DNA of 64,000 nt, from the NCBI GenBank assembly GCA_030390025.1, contig CM059432.1, positions 76,882,001 through 76,946,000 on the forward strand, written 5' to 3'. This DNA comes from Squalus acanthias (taxonomy: Eukaryota). The position numbers were made by a program, and so were the translations under genes. Below the pieces are notes generated by a model that did not search any database, was not told the DNA's origin, and worked only from the letters and a program-made list of their open reading frames with translations. Positions within the stretch are counted from its first letter, which is position 1. The number at the start of each line of letters is the position of its first letter. Shown piece after piece: positions 51,774 to 64,000 of this stretch.

Positions 51774-53011
51774 TTCAAACAAAGCAGATGTAAAGGTATT
51801 GCATTCCAAGTTAGCTTTATTTTATTTCCCTTCCTCAATCATAATACCATTTCCTTTTCTGCGCTCACCAGCCTGCGATTACCCCCACCCCTACCCTCAC
51901 CATTCATTTTAATGGACATTAAACATCACAGGCTAGCAAGCGCAGAAGCAGAAAATCACTGTAGCATTGTCTTACACACTATGTTACATTTTAATGCACT
52001 TTCAAATCAAGTTAAATGTTTACAGGTTGACAAGTAGGGCTTTAGCTTCTATCCCTACAAATCTGTTTCCTTTCAACTAGAATCAGATATCTATATTATA
52101 ATGAAACTACTAATCAAATATTCTTAAAGAGATACTGTCATCATGGAAAATTATTCAGCAAAACATTGCTTGTTTATAAAGATACAATGCAATGACATAA
52201 ATTGCCTTAAAACACACTATCATGGCACTTAAATGTGCCATCATGACACAAATAATACACAGCACGTCAATATCTTCTCCCTCCCTAAACAAAAGATGTC
52301 TACCAAATGCTTTTTTTCATGAAAGCTGTGCTCTTTTACTATGATGTGAACTCAAAGGCTAACAGCTAAGGTTGTATTAAACAATTGAACAGGAAATAAT
52401 GTTAATTAACTGATCATCTTGCTGACAATTCATGATCAACATGGTCATGGCCTAGTTTTTCACACACTGGATCCAATTTTTCTAATACCTTTTCAACAAA
52501 GAAGTTTTGGTCTTCATTGCAATAAGCAAACCACCACTAAAATCCTCAATTAATTAACAATATTAGTGACATATTTATTTGCTAAAATATGTAACATGAT
52601 TGAGTTCGGCTCACTTGTACCACCTCTGGTTAATTACATATTATGTTTCTTGAATATTAATGTGCCAATATCCTGCTGAGTGAATCCCGACTGTGAAGAA
52701 TAGATTAATCATTTCATTTAGCATAGTTGATCATGAAAATAATCAATTAACAAGTTTTATTTCAAGATCCTTACAAGAGGCCTTGGTGAATGCCAACATC
52801 TGAACTGAAAAAGAGAATAATTTCATTGGTGCATGTCTTCACTCAGTCACATCAAGTGGTTTTGAAAAATATATTTGAGCTGTGTATAGGTACAGTGTTG
52901 ATCTATATAAATGTCTGCTTTACAGTAATTTTCTAAATTACTTAAGGGAGCATTCAATGAAAAACATGACTTCCAGTCAGTGTAGTTTCTTGGTATTGTA
53001 GAAGTGTCTTT

Positions 53012-53752
53012 GGGGGAAAAATTAGGTCGCGCCCCGTTTGGGACGCAAATATCGTCTGGACGCAAATATTAGCGCCTGGCGCTAATTATCGCCACTGACT
53101 GGAAACTTCACTTTTACCGCCCCGGGAGGTGAGTGGAGCGCTAAATCAGGCGCTGCACACCTGTCTTAAGGCGCAAAGGCCGAGCAGTGAGGCGCTAACT
53201 CAGCACGCGAGCGCAGCGCAGGTGCTGCCAGTTAGCGAGGGAACACAGACACACTGGCGCCGGCCAGTTCTTAAAGCGGGGGGGGGCCAACTGTTAGGAT
53301 CAGTAGGCAAAACTACCTCACAAAGCGTTGACTCAATGCAGAAGTCTCTCTTTCTCTCTCTCCGAATCTCTCTCTCTCTCTCAGAACGAGTGGTGCAAAA
53401 ATGTCAACCACAGAAAAAGACAGGAAGAGGCCCCCTTTAAATAGCGCCCCCCCCAGCCCCACAGCGATTGATAGCGTTCCAGTCTTCCGGTCGTTGGATG
53501 CGCCAGGCGGTAAGGCAGGGGGCGCCACTCAATTTCCGCTCCGGGGCGCCACAAGGGCGTTGCACCATGGAATGACGTCACAATCTGCGCGCGCAGGTGG
53601 TCGCAGCGGTAAAGTTTAGCGCCGCCGCACAATGTCTAGTTAAGTTCCGGAGCGGCACAAACATCGCTGCGCCCGGGCGTTAGCGGCTTTGCGCCCCATT
53701 AGCGCCCTCTTAAGGCGCTAACGGGAGGCGCAACCAACTGAATTTTTACCCC
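53012..53752. mobile_element. GC-rich Harbinger-type MITE (inverted relative of 36383-37275)
   Basis: TIRs gggggaaaaatt / aatttttacccc; colinear reverse-complement similarity; TSD not matched. Confidence 0.8.
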
Positions 53753-53959
53753 ATATTGTTTCAGGGTGAATAATCTTACTATGCTTTTATTTGTAGCATC
53801 ACTCTGTTAAAAAAAAAAGCATGATACTACTTTTGCCACAATGTCTGTAACTCCAAACTGAATAATCCAAACTGTAGTAGGTTGAAAGTTTGTGTTTCAT
53901 TGAATATTGCAGTCCAGTTAGTGACTTTTTTTTTGGATGATCAGTCATAATTCAATTTA

Positions 53960-54301
53960 CAAAAAAAAACCTGTTAAAGGTGCACGAACAATAACTCGAA
54001 ATTGTATGTGGAACTAAATCAAAATGTCGTTTAGTGCATCCATGATGTACTGCAGTCCCTCCAGTGCCCACCGGTCATGGAAAGCCTCAAGGGTACTGGC
54101 GGACATCCCAAGCTCCCTCTCCAGGGACACCCGAGCACTGTCATAGTCACGGAAGAAAGGCAAGCCGCCAGAGCGACCACCTCCATCAATTGCGCCCTGT
54201 CTGGACCTGTTGATGGCCACCTTGGCCAGGCCCAGGAACAGACCGACGAGGAGGTCCTCCGACTTGTCCGCTCCCCACCCCACCGGGTGGCCAAAGACCA
54301 G
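53960..54301 (-). mobile_element. Tx1/L1-like LINE 3' fragment
   Basis: ORF 54014-54316 (LLVGLFLGLAKVAINRSR...ARVSLERE...EAFHDRW) resembles Tx1 ORF2 C-termini. Confidence 0.6.
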
Positions 54302-55147
54302 GGGTTGGATTTTCATTGACCCGTGGAGGCGGGTTTGGAGGCGTGTGGGTGGTTAAAGTTGCAGATTCGGGGGTCCCGGCCCCATCCCGCCCCCAACCCG
54401 CCTCCATGCCAGTTTCGCTGGAGGCGGGTACCCGACCTGTGCTGGGACCCGCCTCCCCGAGGCGGGAAGGGGATTAGTGACAATTAACTGCCTGTTAACA
54501 GGTAGTTAACAGGCAGTTTTTTGCCTAATCCCTATTTTGAAAGCTGAAATGTGGGCTTCCCGACAGGTCCCAACCACGCCAAGTTAGCGAGGCAGACCGT
54601 GGGTCTGCAGGGGCCGTTGGGGGTACGATATGTCTGGTGGGCAGGTGAGTGATGGGTGCATGTGTGCAGAGGTAAGTGTGTAAGGTAAGTGCAAAGTGTG
54701 GGAAAAAGTTTTACTTACCTTAACTTCCTCCTGCAGGTGTCAGCCCTTCAGTTCTCAGGAGTCAGAAATCTCACCGGCACAGAAAGCAGAAAGGCCGTGG
54801 TGCTGTCAAAAGTTTCAGCCTTTGTTTTCTGTGCTGGAATGATTTCTAACTCAGCCTGAGAGGAAGGACTCAAGTTAGAAGACAAATTGTCAGTGTTTGA
54901 CAGCTTCACAGAGCTGTCAAACGCTGATATTTCATCTGTCAAAAGCTCTTGACAGATGAAATGTCAATCTGTGATGTCACCTGTTGCCGGGTGGCCCTTA
55001 ATTGGCCAGCTGAGCTCGCTGGGCGGGCTCAACAAGGTTAATCAAGTGAAAATACAGTGGGTTGGCCACAAGTCGATGGAGGCGGGTCTACAACCCAAAA
55101 AGTGGGAGTCCCGACTCCATCACGTCCCCAGTATCAAAATCCAGCCC
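54302..55147. mobile_element. Harbinger-type MITE, second copy of 23152-23954
   Basis: Highly similar end to end, with an extra ~40-bp segment near 54885-54925; TIRs gggttggatttt / aaaatccagccc. Confidence 0.88.
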
Positions 55148-55957
55148 ATGGAATCACCAAAGAATTGGCAGTTAGTTATTCATTGTTTTTAGGTTCCTGC
55201 GTGCAAATGAGAAACCCCATCAGGGTCCTTAAACAAAAAATACTGTAAACATTTCCTATCTTTTCGCCGTGGTGGTAGGAAAAATTGTTTTAACACCATA
55301 TTTAGAGAAAAATATTTCAGGAACTCTCCCCCCTTCCTTATAATAGAATTGGGAGAGTGGTAAAAGGAAAAATAGCATTAGGGAACATGGAGAGCCTCAG
55401 AAACATCTGGCTGCAAGGCAAGAGGGAATCATTAGAGAGAAGCTTACTTTGCCGACTACAGTGATGATTACTTACACAGATCATGATGCCCTGTGGCTTC
55501 AGTGACTCATGAGATTCCACAAGAATGTCTGGTCATGTGATATCACAAAAATCTAAAAACGTTGCTGGGATTGTGCTGTAAAAGTCTGGAAGCCATGTCC
55601 ATGAAACATCATCTAATCCTGCAGCCATTGTATTAGCATTCTGACACCTTGAGCTAGGTTTTAACTTGGGCCTACCAGCGTAAACAGGCCAGTAGTGGTT
55701 CAAAAATGATTTACCACCCCATTTACACTGTTGCTCTGTCTGCCATCATCCTGAAAGGGGCCTTCCGCTGGTCGGTCAGGAAGTCAACCTTTTTAATATG
55801 CAAATCGGAGTCCTATGACATATCTACCTTCCTGCTGACTGGGTCAGCCACATGACAACACAATACTGCGACCGCCTGGAGCCGGCAAGCTACAGTGGAG
55901 CATGGTAATGAGGCTCTGTCTTCACAATAGACTCAACTGGGTCTCTCCAAGCATTTA

Positions 55958-56421
55958 TAGAATCATAGAATGATACAGCACAGAAGGCGACTATTTGGCC
56001 CACCATGCCTGTACTGGCTCTTTGAATGAGCTCTCCAATTAGTCCCACTCCTCTGCTCGTTCTCCATAGTCCTGCAAATTTTTCCTTTTCAAGTATTTAT
56101 CCAATTCCCTTTTGAAAGTTACCATTGCATCTGCTTCCATCTCCCTTTCAGGCTGTGCATTCCAGATCATAACTCGCTGTCCAAAAATATTTCTCATTTC
56201 CCTTCTGGTTCTTTTGCCAATTGTCTTAAATATGTGTCCTCTGGTAACTGACTCTCCTTCCAGTGGAAGCAGTTTCTCCTTATTTACTTTATCAAAACCC
56301 CTTATAAATTTGAACACGTCTATTAAATCTTTCCTTAACCTTCTCTGCTCTAAGGAGAACAATCTCAGCTTCTCTTGTCTCTCCCCATTACTGAAGTCCC
56401 TCATCCCTGGTACCATTCTAG
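55958..56421 (-). mobile_element. CR1 3' fragment
   Basis: ORF 56039-56527 (LFSLEQRRLRKDLI); (attctatg)n tail. Confidence 0.85.
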
Positions 56422-56787
56422 TTGAGGAGCACAGTGACAGACATGTACACAACCTGCAGCCAACCTGGATAAGTGACTGTGTCACACAACTAGATTCTTC
56501 TAAACTGACATTCAGTATTAAGGTCATAAAAGATGTAATTGTAACATCTTGTAGTTACCGATTTGACGTTGCATCTTGAAGGTTTTGGTATGTATGAAAT
56601 ACAAGGAATGAACTGGAAGATTTTGAGGACTACATGTGGAAGAAGCAACATTTTGCGGCAAGCAGCCATTGGGCCATCTACAAGACAAGTGCATAGCTGG
56701 ATACTGTTTCTTTGCCAGATTCCTTTGTGTGCTGTCTTTCTGTCCGGACCCAAATCCTGAAGGTTGCGTGCACTGCCTTGAAGCGAC

Positions 56788-57217
56788 TTTTTTTCTTTGT
56801 TCTTATTCGTTCCTGGGATGTGGGCGTCGCTGGCAAGGCCAGCATTTGTTGCCCATCCCTAAATGCCCTTGAGAAGGTGGTTGTGAGCCGCCTTCTTGAA
56901 CTGCTGCAGTCCGTGTGGTGACGGTACTCCCACAGTGCTGTGAGGAAGGGAGTTCCAGGATTTTGACCCAGCGACGATGAAGGAACGGCGATATAATTCC
57001 AAGTTAGGATGGTGTGTGGCTTGGAGGGAAACTTGGAGGTGGCGGTGTTCCCATGTGCCTGCTGCCCTTGTCCTTCTAGGTGGAAGAGGTCGCGGGTTTG
57101 GGATGTGCTGCCGAAGAAGCCATGGCGAGTTGCTGCTGTGCATCTTGTAGATGGTACACACTGCAGCCATGGTGCACGGTGGTGGAGGGAGTGAATGTAT
57201 TAGGTGGTGGATGGGGT
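56788..57217 (-). mobile_element. 3' fragment of the LINE family at 653-2700 (another at ~61025-61288)
   Basis: Near identity to 670-1073. Confidence 0.85.
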
Positions 57218-57227
57218 GAGTACTTAC

Positions 57228-57332
57228 CACCGGCTGTCATAAATGATCCCTTGGTATCGTCTGGAGAAGGTGTTAAATTTGACAATGTTCCTTGCATCCA
57301 CTTCATGCAGCTGTATGTTCAGTTCGCCATTC
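57228..57332 (-). CDS. Candidate 105-nt internal host exon, product unknown
   Basis: Acceptor ctccctgtttcag, donor GTG|gtaagt, open frame NGELNIQLHEVDARNIVKFNTFSRRYQGIIYDSR. Confidence 0.3.
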
Positions 57333-57420
57333 CTGAAACAGGGAGATGCTGCACTACCACTTATTTACTAACCCACAGAATCCGTTTTGGGCCTCCGCAT
57401 AGGGTTTCCTTTCACTTCAT

Positions 57421-59050
57421 TGTAAGGGGTGACCTGCGGCTCTGTGCTTAGCCTGGGTGCTAGTGCGGGGTTAGGCCTTGTTGCCTGTTCTGGTCTCCAG
57501 CCAGCCTGATAACACTAGACACCTGTGAGTGGTTCGACCCACTCGCCCTTACGGTTCTGACACTGGACTTAGGTGCGAGAACAATAATGCAGAGAAAGAC
57601 TCAGGTAGACCCGGTCGAATAGTGCGAAATGGAAAATCTTTATTGCATATTATTCAAGATTATGAGATACACGTCATAAGCACAGATTAATGACAGTACA
57701 ATCTCACACACAGTTATGAAACTAATTTTAGGGAAACGAGGAGCGCATGACACATCGTAAAAGGGGACACACATTATAATTATCCTTAAAACTTAAACCC
57801 TCCCCTATCAATACCTGTCCTAATCTAGATTTGTAGGATCGAGACTCATGCTCACCACTCGTGATAACTCGGAGAATTCCGAAACTCTGCTCGGATGTTT
57901 TGACCGCAGCACCTGACTATCCACGTGTTGATCAGGGGTCTCTGTACCCCACTTGTTTACTCGTTTCTGCTCCGGCTAGCAGGCTGGACCGTCTGCTGTC
58001 ATGAAGATCTGTGTTGTCCTCGGAGTTCTGATACTACTCAAAGAAGAGTCTTCCTGTGCCCTCACACTGGTTCGATAAAACTCGAAGAAGGGTCTTCCTA
58101 GGCAAGGAAGTGTTTATTCGACTTACAGGCGCGGTCGGGGCTTACTGACCGTGGCGATGCGTATTGTCGTCTTTTTCTCTTCTCATCTCATCTCATCTCA
58201 TCTCCTCTCGGGCCTTCGGTTCCAACACCGTTTACCGACTTCTCGGGATGGTGCGCCCGTTTCAAGGCCTCACAGCCCAGTTCTCCACAGATCTTCGCGG
58301 CAAGCCACGAGGTTGATCCTAGCGGATCAGAGTCCAGAGCCGTCAGGCAAGAGAATAAAAGTTCAACAGCCTTCCAGCGAGTCAAAGCAGCAAGCGCAAG
58401 AAGAAGCAGAGGCAGCAGAGCGATGGACGGTTGTACCTCATAGTTATAGTGCTGTAATTCCTCTTTTCCCGCCCAATCTTAATGTCTATCTTTTGTCAGG
58501 GTTTTGGCGCTCAAACTTCTTGTATAGGGTGATCTCCGTCTTTAATGGGTTTCGGTGATACTTGTAACTGTCTGAGTACCCGTTAATACTTCTCCCATTG
58601 TGGAACCGGCTAGTAGTCTCCCTGGAGGGGTTTTGGGGCTTCCAAATGCTTTCTGTAAGTACCCGCAAACGGCTCTCTCATCGTAGAGTGGTGGGGATTT
58701 TGCATATTAATGTCTTTGGATGGGTCCTCGCTCGCTCGGTACAATAGCCCTTATTCGCACCTGGGAGACCGATTCCAGTATTTATGTATAAAATGCAAAC
58801 CCATCATGTCTTGTCAATTATCTCAAATGTGCTGAGTCCTGTACGATCTTGCACAAATGTTTATTGGAACGCCATCTTGTCTGCCCATTGAAAGTCTAGA
58901 ACTTTCTGCCACGAGGCGTGGCGGCCATTTTACAGACTGTTTGTGTCCGTTTTGAAACCTGACAGCATTCTGCTGAAATAAAGCTGTTTGTACGAAACTT
59001 TATGTCTCCTTCTTATTTTATAAAATCGGGATAATTTTGCGAATTCTACA
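57421..59050 (-). mobile_element. 1630-bp solo LTR (ERV-like)
   Basis: TGTA...TACA termini; 4-bp TSD TCAT (57417-57420, 59051-59054); minus-strand TATAA ~58448, AATAAA ~58113 and ~57639. Confidence 0.8.
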
Positions 59051-59155
59051 TCATCTACGTGTAACACTTCTCCCACTCCTCTCCCTCCCCCATCCTGAGC
59101 TCTAGCCAAGGGTCACATATCTTAATTTGATTTTGAAATATGATAAATCTGAAAT

Positions 59156-59610
59156 AAAGAAAGACTTGCATTTATATAGTGCCTTTCATGACCTCAGGAC
59201 ATCCCAAAGTGATTTACAGTCAATGAAATACTTTTGAAGTGTAGTTACTGTTGTAATGTAGGAAATGTGGCAGCCAATTGCACAGAGCAAACTCCGTTTT
59301 ATCACAAACAATGTGATAATGACCAGATAATCTATTTTTTTTTGTTATGTTGACTGAGGGATAAATATTGGCCAGGACACTGGGGGTAACTCCCCTGCTC
59401 TTCTCCGAAATAGTGCCATGGGATCTTTTACATCCACCTGAGAGAGCGGACGGGGCCTCGGTTTAATGTCTCATCTGAAAGACAGCACCTCTGACAGTGC
59501 AGCACTCCCTCAGCACTGCACTGGATTGTCAGCCTAGATTTCTGAGCTCAGGTCTCTGAACCCACAAACCTTCTGACTCAGAGGCGAGAGTGCTACCACT
59601 GAGCCATGGC
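59156..59610 (-). mobile_element. Near full-length Deu-domain SINE (SacSINE1-like)
   Basis: Minus strand starts gccatggctcagtggtagcactctcgcctctgagtcagaagg (tRNA-like A box), then Deu core and (cttt)n tail. Confidence 0.85.
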
Positions 59611-60684
59611 ATTTCACTGTTTAAGTGTACACATCCTTTAATTTGGACTTGATGGCCAGAAATTGTTTGCCTCATAGGGCTGGCTCTTCACACAAAGCTG
59701 TAAAATCATTCTAATGATCTGGAATGCAAATTTCAAGGCAACCAGAGCACTTCTGCACTGTGGTGGTTTGCACTGGCAGTACAGCACAACAATCCTCTAA
59801 TGTGCCAGGAGCACATTCAGTCCTTTCATCTTTTCTGGGGCAACTTCAGTAATTATGAAAATAAAGATGATGAGGATGGTGGTGATAAAAATGGACACAA
59901 CTCCAACAATGTTATCGATCAGTGAATTTCTGAAACAGTTCAACAATCCGTCTCCCAGAATGATGATATACTCACGGCTGTGATCACATCTGGTGAGGGA
60001 AAGTAAATCAGATTCGTTAATATTCACTGCATGTATTAATTATTATAATTGATGTAGTCTAACATTTCAAAGGACATCCCATCTAACCTTCCTTCTGTTA
60101 CTTTTAATTCAGTTCAAAGACATGCTTTATAGCTCTTTGAATGGCTCAATGGGTTTAGGCAGCGAGTAGGTGTGTCATATAAACCAGAACGGTTCCAGGT
60201 TAAATGCATGGTCTATGCAGTTAGCTGATCGCAAATGGTGCATCAGAGGTGGGGGCACTACAATTGGTTTAATTTCCTGATTGCTATACAGTTATGTGCA
60301 CATGGACATTAGGCAAGGACCAGATCAGGCTTAGATGTGTTGCCCTTTGCATATAATTGCCTGCCAAAACTCAATGGCTATTGAGTGACATACTGGAACG
60401 AAAATAATCACAGTTTAGAATGATCTGCTTTTAATTTGATATTATATGGGGTCCTTGAGGATTATCTTAGACCCTCATTATAAGAGTTCATTATAGATCT
60501 TAAAATAGTTTGTAAGGGATTACTACACAAACAAGGCTATGCTGAAGCTTAAATTTACTTTTCTTCTATAATTGAGGAAATGGGCTGGGAACTCCCAATT
60601 AAGGAAGCCTTACTTGATTTCCGATTATCTTGGGTATGTTTGTGTGGCAACACTCCTGCACATGTAACCAATTTACAATACAAT

Positions 60685-60968
60685 GACCTGCATTTACATA
60701 GCACCTTTATAAAACGTCCCAAGGCACTTCACATTTGCAATATCAAACAAAATTTGACAGCGATCTATATAAGGAGGTAATAGGACTGGTGACCAAAAGC
60801 TTGGTCAATGAGGTAGGTTTTAAGGAGCATCTTAAAGGAGGAGAGAGAGGAAGAGATGCGGAGAGGTTTAGGGAGGGAATTCCAGAGCTTAGGCCCTTGG
60901 CAGCTGAAGGCATGGCCACCAATGGTGGAGCGATGAAAATCGGGGATGTGCAAGAGGCCAGAATTGTT
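60685..60968 (-). mobile_element. L2 3' fragment
   Basis: Matches 47020-47270 (GPKLWNSLPKPLR). Confidence 0.8.
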
Positions 60969-61289
60969 GGGTCAGTAATGTTTTGGTGCTTAATTTTATG
61001 TTAAAATCTCAATCTTCTACTTTCCTCTCCTTGACTCCAGAAAGTTGGAGGTGGTGGTGTTCCCCATGCGCCTGCTGCCCTTATCCTTCTAGGTGGTAGA
61101 GGTCGCAGGTTTGGGAGGTGCTGCCGAAGAAACCTTGGCGAGCAGCGCATCTTGTAGATGGTACACACTGCAGCCACGGTACGCCGGTGGTGGAGGGAGT
61201 GAATGTTTAAGGTGGTGGATGGGGTGCCAACCAAGCGGGTTGCTTTGTCTTGGATGGTGTCGAGCTTCTTGTGCTGCACTCATCCAGGC

Positions 61290-61782
61290 TCGCCTTCTGG
61301 TGAACTGGTTCCTGGACCATCCTATTCCCCTTTTCTTGCTCCTGCACATTTGTGCTGGGTGAATCTCCCAGTGCAGATCCCTCTAAATATGTGGTGTGAC
61401 AGTTTTTGAGCTGGCGCCTGCAAAGGCAAGGTTGGGTGACGGTGTTTCGTCAAGAAGACTCCTCTTCATCATGTGGGCCCTTTACTTCTGCTGGATCTGG
61501 AAAGCGTTAGCAGTTATTGGCAAGGGTAAGCAGAGACTGATGACTGGCAACACAAAGCAAAACCATGTTGTCATGACGAGTGTGTTTAGGGAGAGAATTC
61601 AGTGAGAAGAGAAAAAGGGGGAAAGATGGCCAAACACTCTGCAGAGCGTATCCTCCAGCCTCGCCAGTTATAATGTTCCTGAAGTGTCCTCTGCCCCCTA
61701 TCTCCATAATTGCCTCTTCTAGTGGAAAGAGGGCATGGATGCCTTGTGGCCCTCCTCTTGTCTGTACCTGCTTCTTGCTGTT
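61290..61782 (-). pseudogene. Remnant of Harbinger Myb/SANT gene exons 2-3
   Basis: GGPQGIHALFPLEEAIMEIGG resembles exon 2 of the other copies; acceptor gctttccag ~61498. Confidence 0.45.
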
Positions 61783-61884
61783 GTCAAGTCTAGAGGTGAT
61801 AAAGGCATGGATGAGGACCTTGCCAGAGATCTCTCAATTCGGGTACCGTTACTTTAGATTGGAAAATTACACATGTCACTCTGT

Positions 61885-64000
61885 TGTTTAGGAAGGGCGA
61901 GAGAGGGAGACCAAGGAATTATAGACCAGTTAGCCTAACATCTGTTGTCAGGAAATTACAAGAGTCTATCATTAAGGATAGAGTGACTGAACACCTTGAA
62001 AATTTTCAGCTGATTAGAGAGAGCCAGCATGAATTTGTAAAGGGTAGGTCATGCCTGACGAACCTGATTGAATTTTTTGAAGATGTGAGTGAAGTAGTGG
62101 ACAGGGGAATGTCTATAGATGTTATTTATATGGACTTCCAGAAGATATTTGATAAAGTCTCACATAAGAGACTGTTAGCTAAAGTTGAAGCTCATGGAAT
62201 TGAAGGCAAATTATTAACCTGGTTAGGAAATTGGCTCTAATTGGCAGGATGTGACTAGGTGGTGTCCCGGCAAGATCTGTGTTGGGGCCTCAACTATTGA
62301 CCGTATTTATTAACGACTTAGATGATGGGATAGAAAGTCACATATCCATGTTTGCTGATGACACAAAGATACGTGGCATTGTCAGCAGTGTAGCTGGAAG
62401 CAGAAAATTACAAAGATATTAATCGATTAAGTGTATGGGCAAAACTGTGGCAAATGGATTTCAATGTAGGTAAATGTGAAGTCATCCACTTTGGGCGTAA
62501 AAAACATAGACAGGGTACTTTCTAAATGGTGAAAAGCTAGAAACAGTGGAGGTCCAAAAGAGACTTGGGAGTCCAGGTACATAGATCATTAAAATGTCAT
62601 GAACAGGTACAGAGAATAATCAAAAAAGGGCTAATGGGATGCTGGCCTTTATATCTAGAAGACTAGAATGCAAGGGGGTATTTTATATCTAGAGGACTAG
62701 AATACATGCTACAACTGTATAAAGCCCTGGTTAGACCACACCTGGAGTACTGTGAGCAATTCTGGGCACCACACCTTGGGAAGGATATATTGGCCTTGGA
62801 GGGAGTGCAACTTAGATTTACCAGAACGATACCCAGACTCCAAGGATTAAATTATGAGGAGAGATTACACAAACTAGGGCTGTATTCCCTGGAATTTAGA
62901 TGGTTAAGGGGTGACTTGATTGAAGTTTTCAAGATATTAAGGGGAACAGATAGGGTAGATAGAGAGAAACTATTTCCTCTGGTTGAGGAGTCTAGGACTA
63001 GGGGACATAGTCTAAAAATGAGAGCCAGACCTTACAGGAGTGAAATTAGGAAAACCTTCGGGCGCGAAATTCGGTAGCGCCCCGTTTGAGGGCGGTAACG
63101 CTGGCGAGGCGGGACATCCTGCGCCCGGCAAGGAAGTCCCTCCCCAGCCGCAAAATTCGCCTTACCGCCCCGCCCAGGAAGTGGAGCACAATTTCGGGCG
63201 CTCCACTTCCTGGTGGGGCGGTAACCAAGGCGATGTCGGGGCGCAATCGGTAGCGCTCCGCAGATGCTCCGCAGAGCGCTGCCGCGTTTCAACGCCCCTC
63301 CTCTTCAGTTAAAGGGGAGGGCCGCTGCGCACTTGACAGAGCCTCCGATGGCCCACACTAGGCCACCAGGGCGGCGTGGTGCCACGGCAGCAGCCCGGTG
63401 TCGAGACGCGGTGCTAGGCTGCGCAATGGCGGCCAGGACCACACCACGGAGGGCCGACCTGGAGGTAGGCCAAAAAAAGAAAATGGCGGCGCGGGTCACG
63501 GCCACACCTCCCCTTTAACAACTGCCCTGCAAGTGGAGGTCGGCCTGGCTAGTGACCCACGAGGCTGGCGCTGACACTGCCCACGGCAGCCTTGAGGGGC
63601 GCAGCTGAATTTCTGCCGCAGGGTGGTAAGGGGACGCAGTGGGGCGCTAAGGGGTTGCCGCGCACGGTGATGATGTCATCACTGGAGGCGCGGTGGCCCG
63701 GGGCGCTACCGGCAGGGTCGTGGTGCTATCGGGTAGCGCTTCAGCATTGCCCTGCCGAATTTCGGGGGAGGCACTTTTTTCGCGCCGCCCCCCTTCCCGG
63801 GCGATAACCCCTTTGCGCCCCGTTAGCGTCCCCCAGAGGCGCTAATGTCAGGCACAAAGGAGCCGAATTTCGCCCGTTCCGAACACAAAGGGTGGTAGAA
63901 GTTTGGAACTCTCTTCCGCAAATGGCAATTGATACCAGATCAATTGTAATTTTAAATCTAAGATTGATAGATTTCTGTTAACCAAAGGTATTAAGGGATA
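61885..64000 (+). mobile_element. Degenerate CR1 interrupted by a MITE, running off the window
   Basis: ORFs 61884-62240 and 62706-63077. Confidence 0.9.
63060..63876. mobile_element. CpG-rich Harbinger-type MITE
   Basis: TIRs gggcgcgaaattcgg / ccgaatttcgcccg; TSD TTC. Confidence 0.8.

Noticed and set aside
51129..52037. 302-aa ORF or CRISPR-like array
   Set aside because: Units are contiguous with no spacers; the ORF is a by-product of a stop-free 33-bp unit.
59560..59610. tRNA gene
   Set aside because: It is the tRNA-derived head of a SINE and continues into the Deu core.
59677..60027. Possible exon or TM-protein ORF (59797-60027)
   Set aside because: Splice-like signals on both strands, stops in the plus frames and no recognisable homology.
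63060..63876. CpG island or promoter
   Set aside because: The CpG-rich stretch is bounded by TIRs and a TSD inside a CR1, so it is a MITE.

Overview
Eukaryotic, repeat-saturated DNA, most likely from a cartilaginous fish (inferred from CR1 dominance and Deu-domain SacSINE1-like SINEs); no host gene is confidently identifiable. Most of the window is nested transposable elements: CR1, L2, RTE, Tx1-like and RTE-X/Jockey-group LINEs, Penelope-like elements with hammerhead ribozyme motifs, Deu-SINEs, PIF/Harbinger derivatives and MITEs, a near-intact Mag-like Gypsy element (16500-20938), and long solo LTRs of two families. Highlights: (1) a decayed ~440-codon class I viral fusion glycoprotein (env) gene on the minus strand at 8194-10978, split by a Penelope insertion, with a layout resembling the paramyxovirus-F-like Env of lokiretroviruses; (2) the Gypsy element has no tRNA PBS but has an exact 11-nt complement to its own LTR, suggesting Tf1-style self-priming; (3) several Harbinger derivatives lack the transposase core but keep the intron-containing Myb/SANT partner gene. 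All calls come from manual reading; no searches were run, and boundaries without TSDs are approximate.
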